Source: an uncultured Candidatus Saccharibacteria bacterium | GTDB lineage: Bacteria > Patescibacteriota > Minisyncoccia > Phycocordibacterales > DATGWK01 | DNA: 64,000 nucleotides | Reading direction: 5' to 3' | Assembly (NCBI GenBank): GCA_964428845.1 | Contig: CAYRZH010000001.1 | Coordinates: 138,990-202,989 of the forward strand | In this document: piece by piece, positions 45,842 through 55,375 of the stretch | Layout of the letters: every line of letters begins with the position of its first letter | Position numbering within the stretch: the first letter of the stretch is position 1 | Position numbers and translations under genes: made by a program | The notes under the pieces: model-generated | Databases searched by the model: none | The model's input: only the letters and a program-made list of their open reading frames with translations | What the model was told of the DNA's origin: nothing

Positions 45842-46051
45842 ATGCGCAAAAAAATCACATCATTCTTAAAAAGGTTTGGGATGCACGAGGTGAAAGATCC
45901 TCAAACGTCCTTTGATGTTGTATGCGGCATGGAACTTACACCTGAAAAAATCAAGCACACCATAGAGCATACGGACGGCACCGCTTATCACTTCTGTTCA
46001 AAGTCGTGCAAGGATCATTTCGTCAACGATCCTCAAAAATACGTAGGCTGA
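45842..46051 (+). CDS. YHS/TRASH-domain metal-binding protein (paralog 1)
   Basis: VCGMEL...YHFCSKSCKDHFVNDPQKY matches CGM...Y-FCS..C...F..dP..Y. Confidence 0.6.
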   Translation: MRKKITSFLKRFGMHEVKDPQTSFDVVCGMELTPEKIKHTIEHTDGTAYHFCSKSCKDHFVNDPQKYVG

Positions 46052-46071
46052 TTAAAAATTAATTCAAAAAT

Positions 46072-46311
46072 ATGAAGATGTCAAAAGTGTTGCATGTTGT
46101 CAGCGTTATATCGGGAGTCTTAGGAGTCCTTTCATTTCTCGGTCTGTTTGGTGGAGGAATGATGTCTGGGTTCTCTGGGATGATGGGATATGGTGGGCAA
46201 GGTTACGCATCCATGCCCATGGGTTCAATAGGGTTCTTTTTGATCGCTATTTGGCTCCAGATCGCCACGATTCATCACATGATGCTTGAGAAGAAGGGAG
46301 AGATTGTCTAG
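46072..46311 (+). CDS. small Met/Gly-rich membrane protein
   Basis: MMSGFSGMMGYGGQGYASMPMG with flanking TM helices. Confidence 0.3.
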   Translation: MKMSKVLHVVSVISGVLGVLSFLGLFGGGMMSGFSGMMGYGGQGYASMPMGSIGFFLIAIWLQIATIHHMMLEKKGEIV

Positions 46312-46334
46312 TTAAAAACTAATAATAAAAAATT

Positions 46335-46508
46335 ATGGAAAACGACCATCCATCAAGAAAAGTGTCCGACCCAGTGTGTGGCATGGAGCTTGATATTGAA
46401 AATGTCAGACATTCATTCGAACACGAAGGTACAGAATATTATTTCTGTTCCGAGAAGTGCAAAACTGAATTTATCAATGATCCGGAGAAGTATATTAAAA
46501 AGGATTAA
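46335..46508 (+). CDS. YHS/TRASH-domain metal-binding protein (paralog 2, 57 aa; below ORF-track cutoff)
   Basis: Hand-translated: MENDHPSRKVSDPVCGMELDIENVRHSFEHEGTEYYFCSEKCKTEFINDPEKYIKKD. Confidence 0.55.
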   Translation: MENDHPSRKVSDPVCGMELDIENVRHSFEHEGTEYYFCSEKCKTEFINDPEKYIKKD

Positions 46509-46538
46509 TTATCACTCAATTAATAATTAATAAAAAAT

Positions 46539-46802
46539 ATGAATCTCTCACTAAAATCATATGGCTGGAAATGTGTCCTTGGAGCTGAAGTGGCGTATGT
46601 TCTTTGTGTGTTGGGTGGATTTCTTCCACTAAGATCTGCGGCTGGGATACAGCTTCACCACACTATCTTTGAAACTCTACCGGGTTTTGCTTGGATCAGC
46701 TTCGGTAGTTTCATCCTTGGTGCAGTCTACATGTTCGTCTTTGCTTGGGTTTTCGCTTCCTATTTTGTATGGATGCACAATTCAAGTCTTATCAATAAAT
46801 AA
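46539..46802 (+). CDS. small membrane protein
   Basis: Two TM helices. Confidence 0.25.
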   Translation: MNLSLKSYGWKCVLGAEVAYVLCVLGGFLPLRSAAGIQLHHTIFETLPGFAWISFGSFILGAVYMFVFAWVFASYFVWMHNSSLINK

Positions 46803-46814
46803 TGATTAAACTAT

Positions 46815-47096
46815 ATGCACAACCACAATAAAGACGGAGGAGGCAGAGGAATGATGTGGATGATGATCCCATGCCTACTCCTTGTTGGTGTTCTGTTTCT
46901 TGGTGGAGGCAAGTTGTCTGGAGGTGGATATCTCTGGCCAATTCTTATCGGTGTCTTTGTAATCGCACATGTCTGGATGATGTTAAGAGGACACGGTAGA
47001 CACGGGGATACTAATACGGAAGATAAAATTGATGACGCTTCCGGAAAACAATCTGACACAAAGGATGAACATAAGCATAGCGGCAGTTGCCACTAA
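46815..47096 (+). CDS. small Met/His-rich membrane protein (MHNHNKDGGGRGMMWMM...HGRHGD...HKHSGSCH)
   Basis: Met and His clusters flanking TM helices, suggesting metal binding. Confidence 0.3.
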   Translation: MHNHNKDGGGRGMMWMMIPCLLLVGVLFLGGGKLSGGGYLWPILIGVFVIAHVWMMLRGHGRHGDTNTEDKIDDASGKQSDTKDEHKHSGSCH

Positions 47097-47104
47097 AAAT
47101 CATT

Positions 47105-47746
47105 ATGGAAAACTCCTATGGCCTCTGGCCACTTGTCATCATAAATTCGCTAGTCTTCATTATCTTTGCGTTCAGCTTTACTAAGCCGAAAACATCGAGG
47201 GATTGGCGATCATTTGGCGCATTCTCAGCGTTTCTTGTTGCCCTGTTTACAGAGATGTACGGTTTTCCATTGACGATATATCTTTTCTCCGGCTGGCTCT
47301 CAACCAAGTTCCCTGGTGTTGATTTCTTTGCTCACAATTCAGGACACCTCTTTGAAGACTTCTTTGGCTGGGGTGGCGATCCACACTTCGGACCGTTCCA
47401 TATCGCCAGCTACATCCTAATTTTCTACGGCTTCGTGTTGCTCTCTAAGGCGTGGAAAGTCCTTTATAAAGCACAGCAAGATCATACTTTAGCAACCTCA
47501 GGGCCTTACGCTCGCATTCGCCATCCGCAATATGTTGGTTTCGTACTGATTATGCTCGGATTTTTCTTGCAGTGGCCTACGATCCTCACTCTTATCATGT
47601 TACCGATTCTTGTTTGGATGTATACACGCCTTGCGCGGAGTGAAGAGAAAGACTCTCAAAAAGAATTCGGAGTGGTATGGGATGAATACGCTAAAAAGAC
47701 CCCTTCTTTCATTCCCCGACGGAAAAAATTAACAGCTAATACTTAA
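47105..47746 (+). CDS. isoprenylcysteine carboxyl methyltransferase (ICMT)/phospholipid methyltransferase family membrane protein
   Basis: ARIRHPQYVGFVLIMLGFFLQWPT...RSEEK matches the ICMT/PEMT family signature. ATG at 47105. Confidence 0.55.
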   Translation: MENSYGLWPLVIINSLVFIIFAFSFTKPKTSRDWRSFGAFSAFLVALFTEMYGFPLTIYLFSGWLSTKFPGVDFFAHNSGHLFEDFFGWGGDPHFGPFHIASYILIFYGFVLLSKAWKVLYKAQQDHTLATSGPYARIRHPQYVGFVLIMLGFFLQWPTILTLIMLPILVWMYTRLARSEEKDSQKEFGVVWDEYAKKTPSFIPRRKKLTANT

Positions 47747-47751
47747 ACTAT

Positions 47752-47964
47752 ATGGAAAACAGAATCAAATCATTAATTAAAAAGCTGAGTCGGTTTGGTT
47801 TTAGTGTTAAGCCAAAAAATAAAGGTCATATAGATCCTGTGTGTGGTATGGAAGCATCAGCAGACTTATTCAAGGCTGATTACAAAGACAAAAGCTATTA
47901 TTTTTGTTCCGATCATTGTCAACAACAATTCAAAAAAGACCCAGAAACGTATATCACAAAATAA
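47752..47964 (+). CDS. YHS/TRASH-domain metal-binding protein (paralog 3)
   Basis: VCGMEASADLF...YYFCSDHCQQQFKKDPETY. Confidence 0.6.
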   Translation: MENRIKSLIKKLSRFGFSVKPKNKGHIDPVCGMEASADLFKADYKDKSYYFCSDHCQQQFKKDPETYITK

Positions 47965-47966
47965 TT

Positions 47967-48410
47967 ATGACCAACAACATCGCAAAACCAATTCTATACG
48001 GAACGATTGCAAGCGTGATTCTGCTTGGAGTTTATTTTGCGGTGCTAACACTAGTTTCCGGATGGAGTTTTGCTCAAAGTCAGTTCGCGGATTTCTGGTA
48101 TTTTATTGTCAGCTTGGTAGTAGGTTTCGGAATTCAGATTGCACTTTATCAATACATTAAGGGCTTGGTGCATAGCGGACAAGGCATGGGCAAAGTGGTT
48201 GGCGTATCAGGGACAACCTCCACGGCAGCCATGATTTCATGCTGTGCCCACTATCTAGTCAATCTGGTGCCCATTCTTGGAGTGACAGGACTCGTTACAT
48301 TTGTAGCACAGTATCAGGTTGAGCTCTTCTGGGTGGGTCTTGTTTCTAATATATTTGGTATCGGATATATGGTAACCAGAGTTATTAAATTCAAAAAAAA
48401 TCATGAGTAA
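47967..48410 (+). CDS. membrane protein (4 TM)
   Basis: Start MTNNIAKP at 47967. Hydrophobic throughout. Confidence 0.3.
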   Translation: MTNNIAKPILYGTIASVILLGVYFAVLTLVSGWSFAQSQFADFWYFIVSLVVGFGIQIALYQYIKGLVHSGQGMGKVVGVSGTTSTAAMISCCAHYLVNLVPILGVTGLVTFVAQYQVELFWVGLVSNIFGIGYMVTRVIKFKKNHE

Positions 48411-48855
48411 AGCAATAACAATACTTTCATTAGCACTTGCGTTTATAGGAGGTTTCTTGTTTTTTTATAATCCGAAATCCGCCCCTACTCCTACTCAAGA
48501 AAATTCTTCAGTATCAGAAACGCAACAAAAATGGGAATCTAAAATTAATGATCAGGCGAGTGTAACTGTAACCGTCACGCCGACTCAGCTTTCGGAGGAA
48601 TCGGGAGAATGGAAGTTTGATGTAGTCATGGATACTCACTCCGTTGAATTGGATCAAGACATGACTAAAGTTGCTATACTTATCGATGAACAGGGCAAAG
48701 AATATAAAGCACTTAACTGGGAGGGACCGACCGGAGGCCACCATAGAGAAGGCATCCTTACCTTTGACAAGATAATGCCTACTCCAAAATCTGTTGAACT
48801 AAAGATTTCCAACATAGGGGGTGTTGTCAGAACTTTTAATTGGCAACTTAAATAA
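48403..48855 (+). CDS. membrane-anchored periplasmic beta-rich protein (possible metal chaperone)
   Basis: TM followed by a soluble domain with HH (GGHHREG). Function inferred only from context. Confidence 0.25.
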   Translation: MSKAITILSLALAFIGGFLFFYNPKSAPTPTQENSSVSETQQKWESKINDQASVTVTVTPTQLSEESGEWKFDVVMDTHSVELDQDMTKVAILIDEQGKEYKALNWEGPTGGHHREGILTFDKIMPTPKSVELKISNIGGVVRTFNWQLK

Positions 48856-48856
48856 T

Positions 48857-49564
48857 ATGCAATACATCTGGTTAATCTGGAGCTTAATATTGATTGCTAT
48901 CTGGCTGGCCGTTTACATTTCTCTTCGTTCGGATAGCCAGAAAGAAGAGATGCTCATGGTCAGCTTGTGGACATCGCTTCTCGGACTAACTGAGCCTCTT
49001 TTCGTGCCAGAATACTGGTCGCCGCCGTCTTTGTTTGATTTGGCAATGCGGACAGGATTTGATATTGAAAGTTTGATCTTTTCATTTGGTATAGGAGGTC
49101 TTGCGGTTATTTTATACAGCAGAATTTTCCGGAGACAAGATATGTCAATGTCTACCAAAGAGCACCACCTGCCTCGGCACAGATTTCACCTATGGGCACT
49201 TGCATCCGCACCGGTTGTTCTTATTGTGTTATTGCTAGCAACCAGCTTAGATCCTTTGCACTCCTCGATCATTGCTATGGTCGTGGGAGGACTGGCCACC
49301 TGGTATTGCCGGCCGGATTTAAAGAAGAAGATGATCACAAGCGCGTTTATATTTTTAGCTCTTTACTTTTTTTACTTCCTGACGCTTATTGCCATATCGC
49401 CAGGCTATGTCGAGCAGGTCTGGAATCTAGAAGATATTTCAGGAATTTTAATAATTGGAATTCCCCTTGAGGAACTGCTGTTCGCCTTGAGCTTCGGTTT
49501 TATCTGGTCGAGTATTTATGAACATCTTACCTGGAAAAAATTAAAATTATTAAAACAAACATAA
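48857..49564 (+). CDS. polytopic membrane protein
   Basis: Start MQYIWLIW at 48857. About 7 TM helices. Confidence 0.3.
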   Translation: MQYIWLIWSLILIAIWLAVYISLRSDSQKEEMLMVSLWTSLLGLTEPLFVPEYWSPPSLFDLAMRTGFDIESLIFSFGIGGLAVILYSRIFRRQDMSMSTKEHHLPRHRFHLWALASAPVVLIVLLLATSLDPLHSSIIAMVVGGLATWYCRPDLKKKMITSAFIFLALYFFYFLTLIAISPGYVEQVWNLEDISGILIIGIPLEELLFALSFGFIWSSIYEHLTWKKLKLLKQT

Positions 49565-49568
49565 ATTT

Positions 49569-49745
49569 ATGGACAACAAAAATCACAATCAAAAAGTCGA
49601 GGAGAAATTACATAAATGTCCGGAATGCGGTTTGTATTATGAAGACAAATCTCAGATGGAAAAATGCAAAGTATGGTGCAAAGAACATCACAGTTGTAAT
49701 TTAGAAATTACAAGCTATGCCATTGAAAATAAGCAAAATAAATAA
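49569..49745 (+). CDS. 58-aa zinc-ribbon-like protein (CPECG...C..WC)
   Basis: Hand-translated: MDNKNHNQKVEEKLHKCPECGLYYEDKSQMEKCKVWCKEHHSCNLEITSYAIENKQNK. Confidence 0.35.
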   Translation: MDNKNHNQKVEEKLHKCPECGLYYEDKSQMEKCKVWCKEHHSCNLEITSYAIENKQNK

Positions 49746-49746
49746 T

Positions 49747-51987
49747 ATGGAGAATCATAATCATCATAAAATTCAAGAAAAAGAGGGAGTGGTTTATACC
49801 TGCCCAATGCATCCTGAAGTACAGCAGGATCGACCTGGCACTTGTCCAAAATGCGGCATGAGTCTTGTTAAGGCTGAAGTAAAAACTGATCACAGTGCTC
49901 ACGCTGGGCATGTGATGGGTGATGTGTCCAAAATGGGTTTCTGGGAGAAATTCAAAATGAGCATGTCGATGACTATGGGCATGGATCACACGGGTCTTGC
50001 AGGACGGGAGATGGCGCGACTCATGGAGATAGATATTAGAAACAAGTTCTTTTTTTCACTCATTCTGACGCTTCCCATAATTCTATATTCTCCTCTAGGT
50101 ACTGAGTTTCTTAAACTCAATCTTCCATCGCCAATAGCCCTTCCTTGGCTTCTCTTTATTCTAACAACGCCAGTATTCTTTTATTCCGGATGGATTTTTC
50201 TATACTCAACATATTTCGCTCTGAAAAGTAAAATGCTGAACATGGCCGTGCTTATTGCTGTCGGCATTACGGCGGCCTACGGCTTCAGTGTCTTACTAAC
50301 CTTAACTGGTAGTACAGACTCATACTACGAAGCGGCCGCTATGCTTATTACCTTTGTCTTGTTCGGCCACTGGATGGAGATGAAATCACGGCGCGGAACG
50401 ACGGATGCCCTTCAAGCACTTTTCAATCTTGTACCGCCTCAAGCAAGATTATTTAAGGACGGCAAAGAGATAATGGTTTCTACTTCCGATATACAACTCG
50501 GCGACATCATTATTCTTAAACCGGGAGACAAGGTTCCTGTTGATGGTGAAATTATTGAGGGAGAAACAGCTATTGATGAATCCCTGGTTACCGGAGAATC
50601 AATTCCTACCACTAAAAAGATTGGAGATCAGGTAATTGGTGGATCAATCAACACGGCTGGGTCAGTAAAATTTAAAGCAACAAAAATCGGCAAGGATACC
50701 GCTCTTGCTCGAATTGTAGCGATGGTTGAAAAAGCGCAGAATTCAAAAGCCCCGGGGCAGAGACTTGCCGACAGATTTGCCAAGTATTTGGTTATTGGGG
50801 CTATTGGATCAGGACTTCTCGTATTTATTATTTGGTACTTTATAGTCGGCGTGCCGATTATGCTGGCATTGTCCTTTGCCATCGCTACGGTTGTAATCGC
50901 CTGTCCTGATGCTCTTGGACTAGCCACTCCAACAGCTGTTGCAGTTGGGACCGGTCTTGGTGCAAAACATAACATTCTTATTAAAGACGCGCCGACGCTT
51001 GAACAAGTCTCAAAAATTCAGGCGATCGTGCTCGATAAAACAGGTACGCTCACCGAAGGAAAACCGAAGGTAACCGATATAGCTACTGCGGATGGCTTTG
51101 ATGCAGACGAGGTACTTCGTTTGGTTGGCGCGGCAGAGGCAAAATCGTCTCACCCTTTAGCAGGCGCTGTACTTGATGAATTAAAATCTCGCAAACTCGA
51201 ATTACCACAAAGCGTTGAAAAATTTGAAAACTTATCCGGTCTTGGGGTAAAAGCTATCGTTGAAAATAAAAATATCCTTGTCGGGACAGTTAAGTTGATG
51301 AGGGAGAATAAAATAGAGCTTGGCAAGCTTGAGCAAAAGATTAATGAGTTTTTGGACCGGGGAGAAACCATTATGGTTCTTGCTGTTGATGGTGCAATAA
51401 AAGCAGTCATAGGAGCTGCCGATCCAATAAAGCCAACTGCGAAAGAAGCGATAAAAAAGATGAAAGATTTGGGAATTGAAATAGCAATGATTACTGGTGA
51501 CAACAAGACAACTGCAGAAAAGGTGGCACAACAGATCGGTATAGAACGAGTTTTTTCCGAAGTGATGCCCGAGGATAAAGCAAGCTATGTGAAGAAGCTT
51601 CAAAGCGAGGGAAAATTCACAGCAATGGTTGGCGACGGGGTTAATGACGCCCCGGCGCTTGCCCAAGCTGATGTGGGCATCGCTATTGGTGCTGGTACGG
51701 ATGTCGCTATTGAAACGGCAAAAGTAGTTCTGATGAAATCAGATCCTGCGGATATCCTTCGAGCTATAATCCTCTCCAAGGCGACCATCCGCAAAATGAA
51801 GCAGAATCTTTTCTGGGCTTCGATATATAACATTCTTGCAATACCAGTTGCCGGAGGAATTCTATATCCTAATTTCGGTATTATGCTCCGTCCAGAATTC
51901 GCTGCTCTTCTTATGAGTGTGTCCTCGATCATTGTTGCTGTTAACGCGGTATTACTCAAACGAGTCGAGAAGGATTTAATGGCGTAA
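49747..51987 (+). CDS. copA: heavy-metal (copper-type) P1B-ATPase with N-terminal Cys/His metal-binding motif and CPD (not CPC) TM motif
   Basis: DKTGTLTEG phosphorylation site, GDGVNDAPAL, TGES. N-terminus YTCPMHPEV...GTCPKCGMSL. TM6 reads VIACPDALGLATP. Confidence 0.8.
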   Translation: MENHNHHKIQEKEGVVYTCPMHPEVQQDRPGTCPKCGMSLVKAEVKTDHSAHAGHVMGDVSKMGFWEKFKMSMSMTMGMDHTGLAGREMARLMEIDIRNKFFFSLILTLPIILYSPLGTEFLKLNLPSPIALPWLLFILTTPVFFYSGWIFLYSTYFALKSKMLNMAVLIAVGITAAYGFSVLLTLTGSTDSYYEAAAMLITFVLFGHWMEMKSRRGTTDALQALFNLVPPQARLFKDGKEIMVSTSDIQLGDIIILKPGDKVPVDGEIIEGETAIDESLVTGESIPTTKKIGDQVIGGSINTAGSVKFKATKIGKDTALARIVAMVEKAQNSKAPGQRLADRFAKYLVIGAIGSGLLVFIIWYFIVGVPIMLALSFAIATVVIACPDALGLATPTAVAVGTGLGAKHNILIKDAPTLEQVSKIQAIVLDKTGTLTEGKPKVTDIATADGFDADEVLRLVGAAEAKSSHPLAGAVLDELKSRKLELPQSVEKFENLSGLGVKAIVENKNILVGTVKLMRENKIELGKLEQKINEFLDRGETIMVLAVDGAIKAVIGAADPIKPTAKEAIKKMKDLGIEIAMITGDNKTTAEKVAQQIGIERVFSEVMPEDKASYVKKLQSEGKFTAMVGDGVNDAPALAQADVGIAIGAGTDVAIETAKVVLMKSDPADILRAIILSKATIRKMKQNLFWASIYNILAIPVAGGILYPNFGIMLRPEFAALLMSVSSIIVAVNAVLLKRVEKDLMA

Positions 51988-52009
51988 ATAATATAAAATT
52001 AATAAATTT

Positions 52010-52369
52010 ATGAAAAATAAATCAATTCTACTCATACAAATAGGTCTTGCGGCGGTATTTCTCGCCAATGCTCTTACGGTAATATTTAACCCCGAAGAAT
52101 TTATTGAGATTATAGAGAATTCTTTTATTGGAGTTCTCATCCCATCTGGGATCGCACTAACAATTATTGCTATAAATGACGGCTTGATGACACTTCTTAT
52201 TCTTTTTAGTAGGAAGTGGCGACAGTTAATTTTTGGCTGGGCGATTATCTGGATTGTGGTTGTGCTGATTGCAATCGGTAAGCCACTGGATATTCTTGAG
52301 GAGTCGGCATTCCTTTTTATGGCAATTGCTTTGTTCTTTGAAGCAAAAAATTATAAATTAAACAATTAA
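52010..52369 (+). CDS. small membrane protein (DoxX-like)
   Basis: Four hydrophobic helices. Confidence 0.25.
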   Translation: MKNKSILLIQIGLAAVFLANALTVIFNPEEFIEIIENSFIGVLIPSGIALTIIAINDGLMTLLILFSRKWRQLIFGWAIIWIVVVLIAIGKPLDILEESAFLFMAIALFFEAKNYKLNN

Positions 52370-52374
52370 ATCAT

Positions 52375-53979
52375 ATGAAAAATAAACTAATCTTGGGAAT
52401 CATTGCGGTCGTAATCGTTATCGGTGGAATTGTCATTCTGCAGCGGGGAGATTCGGGCAACAAAGTAAGTGCCGGTACTTTTTCTACTGATATTGCTGGT
52501 CTGCCAGAGGCAAAATCATCTGAGACAGTCAAGCTTAAAAATGGCGATACGTATAACATGACCGCCTCAATCGTAAAGAAAACAATCGGTAATAGCGTGG
52601 TTAAAATGCTTGCCTACAATGGAATGATCCCAGGACCCTTGATCAAGGTGGAGCAAGGCGCAGAGGTTACTTTGAATTTCACCAATAATACTGATGTTGA
52701 TACCACAATTCACTCGCACGGCGTACGTCTTGAGAACAAATTCGATGGTGTACCAGATGTAACCCAGAAAGAAGTTAAGCCGGGCGAATCATTCACTTAC
52801 AAGATCAAGTTCCCTGATGAAGGTATGTACTGGTATCATCCGCACATTCGGGAAGACTATGCTCAAGAGCTTGGTCTCTACGGCAACTACCTTGTCGTGC
52901 CGAATGATCCCAACTATTGGTCACCGGTTAATCGTGAAGTCGCGCTGTTCGTAGATGACATCCTGATGGAAAATGGCAAAATCGCGACGTTCAGCAAGGC
53001 GTCTGCTGATCGTACTCTCATGGGTCGGTTTGGCAACACTATGCTCGTGAATGGCGAAACAGATTATGCACTTACCGCCAAGACGGGAGAAGTGATCCGC
53101 TTCTACATCACCAACTCGGCAAATACAAGAACGTTCAATCTTTCCATCCCCGGCGCAAAGATGAAGCTTGTGGGTGCTGATGGCGGCAAGTACGAGCGCG
53201 AGACTTGGAGCGATGGCGTGATATTGAGTCCTTCCGAACGTACCATTGTCGAGGTGCTATTTGCGAACGCTGGATCATACACGCTTCAGCACAAAACTCC
53301 GGAGAAAACTTACACGCTCGGAATAATCACTGTTGCGAATGAGAAAGTTAGCACTTCGTTCGAGAAAGAGTTTCTAACGCTCCGTTCGAATAAAGACATT
53401 CAATCAGAGATTGATGCATTCAGGTTGTCCTTCGATAAGCCAGCAGACAAACGTCTAAAGCTCACGATTGATATGGGTATGCAAATGCAGGGCATGATGC
53501 AAAGTAACACTGGCGGTCACAACATGAACATGATGGGCAATAATCAGATGATGTCCAACAGTGAAATGGTAGCAAGCGGTGATCCTATCGAATGGGAAGA
53601 AAACAATGCGGCGATGAATACTATGTCGAATCCGGAAATGATGAAGTGGGTTATCCAAGACGAAGACACCGGCAAGAAAAATATGGATATTGATTGGAAA
53701 TTCAAAGTCGGAGACAAAGTAAAAATCAAAATCACCAATGATCCGAACTCCATGCACCCAATGCAACACCCCATCCACTTCCACGGCCAACGATTCTTAG
53801 TGCTCTCAACAAACGGCAAACCAAATGACAATCTTGTGTGGAAAGATACCGCTCTTATTCCGAATGGCGACACGATTGAGATCCTCCTCGATGTTACAAA
53901 CCCCGGTGAATGGATGGCACACTGTCACATTGCCGAGCATTTGGAAGCAAGTATGATGTTTGGCTTCAAGGTCGAGTAA
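52375..53979 (+). CDS. multicopper oxidase (CueO/CopA-like) with methionine-rich insert
   Basis: Cu ligand motifs HSHG, WYHPH, HPIHFHG, HCHIAEH. Met-rich segment MGMQMQGMMQSNTGGHNMNMMGNNQMMSNSEM. Signal-anchor N-terminus. Confidence 0.8.
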   Translation: MKNKLILGIIAVVIVIGGIVILQRGDSGNKVSAGTFSTDIAGLPEAKSSETVKLKNGDTYNMTASIVKKTIGNSVVKMLAYNGMIPGPLIKVEQGAEVTLNFTNNTDVDTTIHSHGVRLENKFDGVPDVTQKEVKPGESFTYKIKFPDEGMYWYHPHIREDYAQELGLYGNYLVVPNDPNYWSPVNREVALFVDDILMENGKIATFSKASADRTLMGRFGNTMLVNGETDYALTAKTGEVIRFYITNSANTRTFNLSIPGAKMKLVGADGGKYERETWSDGVILSPSERTIVEVLFANAGSYTLQHKTPEKTYTLGIITVANEKVSTSFEKEFLTLRSNKDIQSEIDAFRLSFDKPADKRLKLTIDMGMQMQGMMQSNTGGHNMNMMGNNQMMSNSEMVASGDPIEWEENNAAMNTMSNPEMMKWVIQDEDTGKKNMDIDWKFKVGDKVKIKITNDPNSMHPMQHPIHFHGQRFLVLSTNGKPNDNLVWKDTALIPNGDTIEILLDVTNPGEWMAHCHIAEHLEASMMFGFKVE

Positions 53980-54133
53980 AAGCTCGTCACAAAGGCAACC
54001 AAAGGGCAAATAGGGCTCTTAAAAGAGTCCTATTGCTTTTCTCAATGTGCTTAATATTTGTAATTATAGGACTAATAATATAGCTATCTCTTGAGTTGAA
54101 AGGATGAGCGTTTTTTGTTAAGATGAATGGCTT

Positions 54134-55309
54134 ATGAACATAATAATTTCGTTGGTTATCGGGGGTATTCTGATGGCATCTGTACCCCTCATTAGTTCAA
54201 AAATTTCAATTAGCGAATCAAAACAAGAAGACCAAACAGAACAAGCTAAAAATACGGATCAGAAAAAGGTCGCCGAGTATAAAATACAATCCGGCGACAC
54301 TTTTACAAGTATTTTAGGGTCTTTCCAAATACCTTATGATCAGGCGTTGGCGATAATCAACTCCTCAAAAGAGGCATTTGATTTTACTAAAATTCAGGCA
54401 GGCAGAGTTATTAAGCTGATCTTTATCAACGAGGCTTTTGCTTCGATGGAATATCCGCTTACGAGCGAAACAGTTGTTATTGTAGTAAAGGAAGACGACT
54501 CTTTTAAAGCGACCACAAAACCTATTCCGTATCAAATAAAAGATGTAGCCGCAAATGGAACTATAAGCGATTCACTTTTCGTTTCAGCTCAAAACGCCGG
54601 CATTGAGGATAAAATTACTATGGAGCTTGCCGATATATTCTCGAGTGATATCGACTTTGCTACTGATATCCGAAATGGTGATTCATTTTCTGTTGTCTAT
54701 GAAAAACGATCATTAGACAGCAAGGATGCCGGAGTTGGCAACGTATTGGCGGCTCGATTCATCAACAGCGGTACAACATATACAGCATTTCGTTACAACG
54801 ATAAATTCTATGACGAGGAAGGAAAATCTCTTGCTCGGCAGTTTCTTAAATCTCCCCTTAACTATGCTCAGATAAGTTCTGGCTATAGCTATAAGAGAAC
54901 AAACCCAGTGACTAAACAGGTCACTCCGCATCGTGCAATCGATTATGCCGCCGATACCGGTACTCCAGTTATTGCAACGGCCGATGGAAAAGTAACCACA
55001 GCAGGATCAAAGGGCGGACTTGGTATTACCGTGGAGTTGAAACATGGTAGTTATCTCACTCAATATGCTCATCTTTCAAAGATCGCTAAGGATATTAAAA
55101 ATGGTGCGGACGTAGTGCAAGGTGATGTAATTGGTTATGTAGGATCAACTGGCATTTCAACAGGCCCCCATTTACAGTACGCCATGTTTGAAAACGGCAG
55201 TCCACTCAACCCTCTTACCGCTGATTTTTCACGCGGAGAAGCAATAAAAGATTCCGAAATGACGACCTTTTCAGAAATCAAAGGTAAGTTCCAAAAGTTG
55301 CTAGATTAA
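54134..55309 (+). CDS. M23 family metallopeptidase with LysM-like domain
   Basis: YKIQSGDTFTSIL (LysM-like). C-terminal HRAIDYAADTGTPV...GSTGISTGPHLQY (M23 HxxxD / HxH). Confidence 0.7.
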   Translation: MNIIISLVIGGILMASVPLISSKISISESKQEDQTEQAKNTDQKKVAEYKIQSGDTFTSILGSFQIPYDQALAIINSSKEAFDFTKIQAGRVIKLIFINEAFASMEYPLTSETVVIVVKEDDSFKATTKPIPYQIKDVAANGTISDSLFVSAQNAGIEDKITMELADIFSSDIDFATDIRNGDSFSVVYEKRSLDSKDAGVGNVLAARFINSGTTYTAFRYNDKFYDEEGKSLARQFLKSPLNYAQISSGYSYKRTNPVTKQVTPHRAIDYAADTGTPVIATADGKVTTAGSKGGLGITVELKHGSYLTQYAHLSKIAKDIKNGADVVQGDVIGYVGSTGISTGPHLQYAMFENGSPLNPLTADFSRGEAIKDSEMTTFSEIKGKFQKLLD

Positions 55310-55375
55310 CTGGGTTTATTTATCTCAGCCTAGAAAATCTTACCTTTGCCCAATTAAGAAAATCGCGCCAAACTT

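Larger units (their letters stand above)
38969..53979 (+). other. AT-rich ~15-kb co-directional gene array for copper/metal handling and extracytoplasmic thiol-redox
   Basis: About 26 same-strand ORFs with 0-30 nt spacers. Uniform AT-rich start context (aaataa(t)ATGGAAAAC). Functions listed individually above. Confidence 0.6.
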
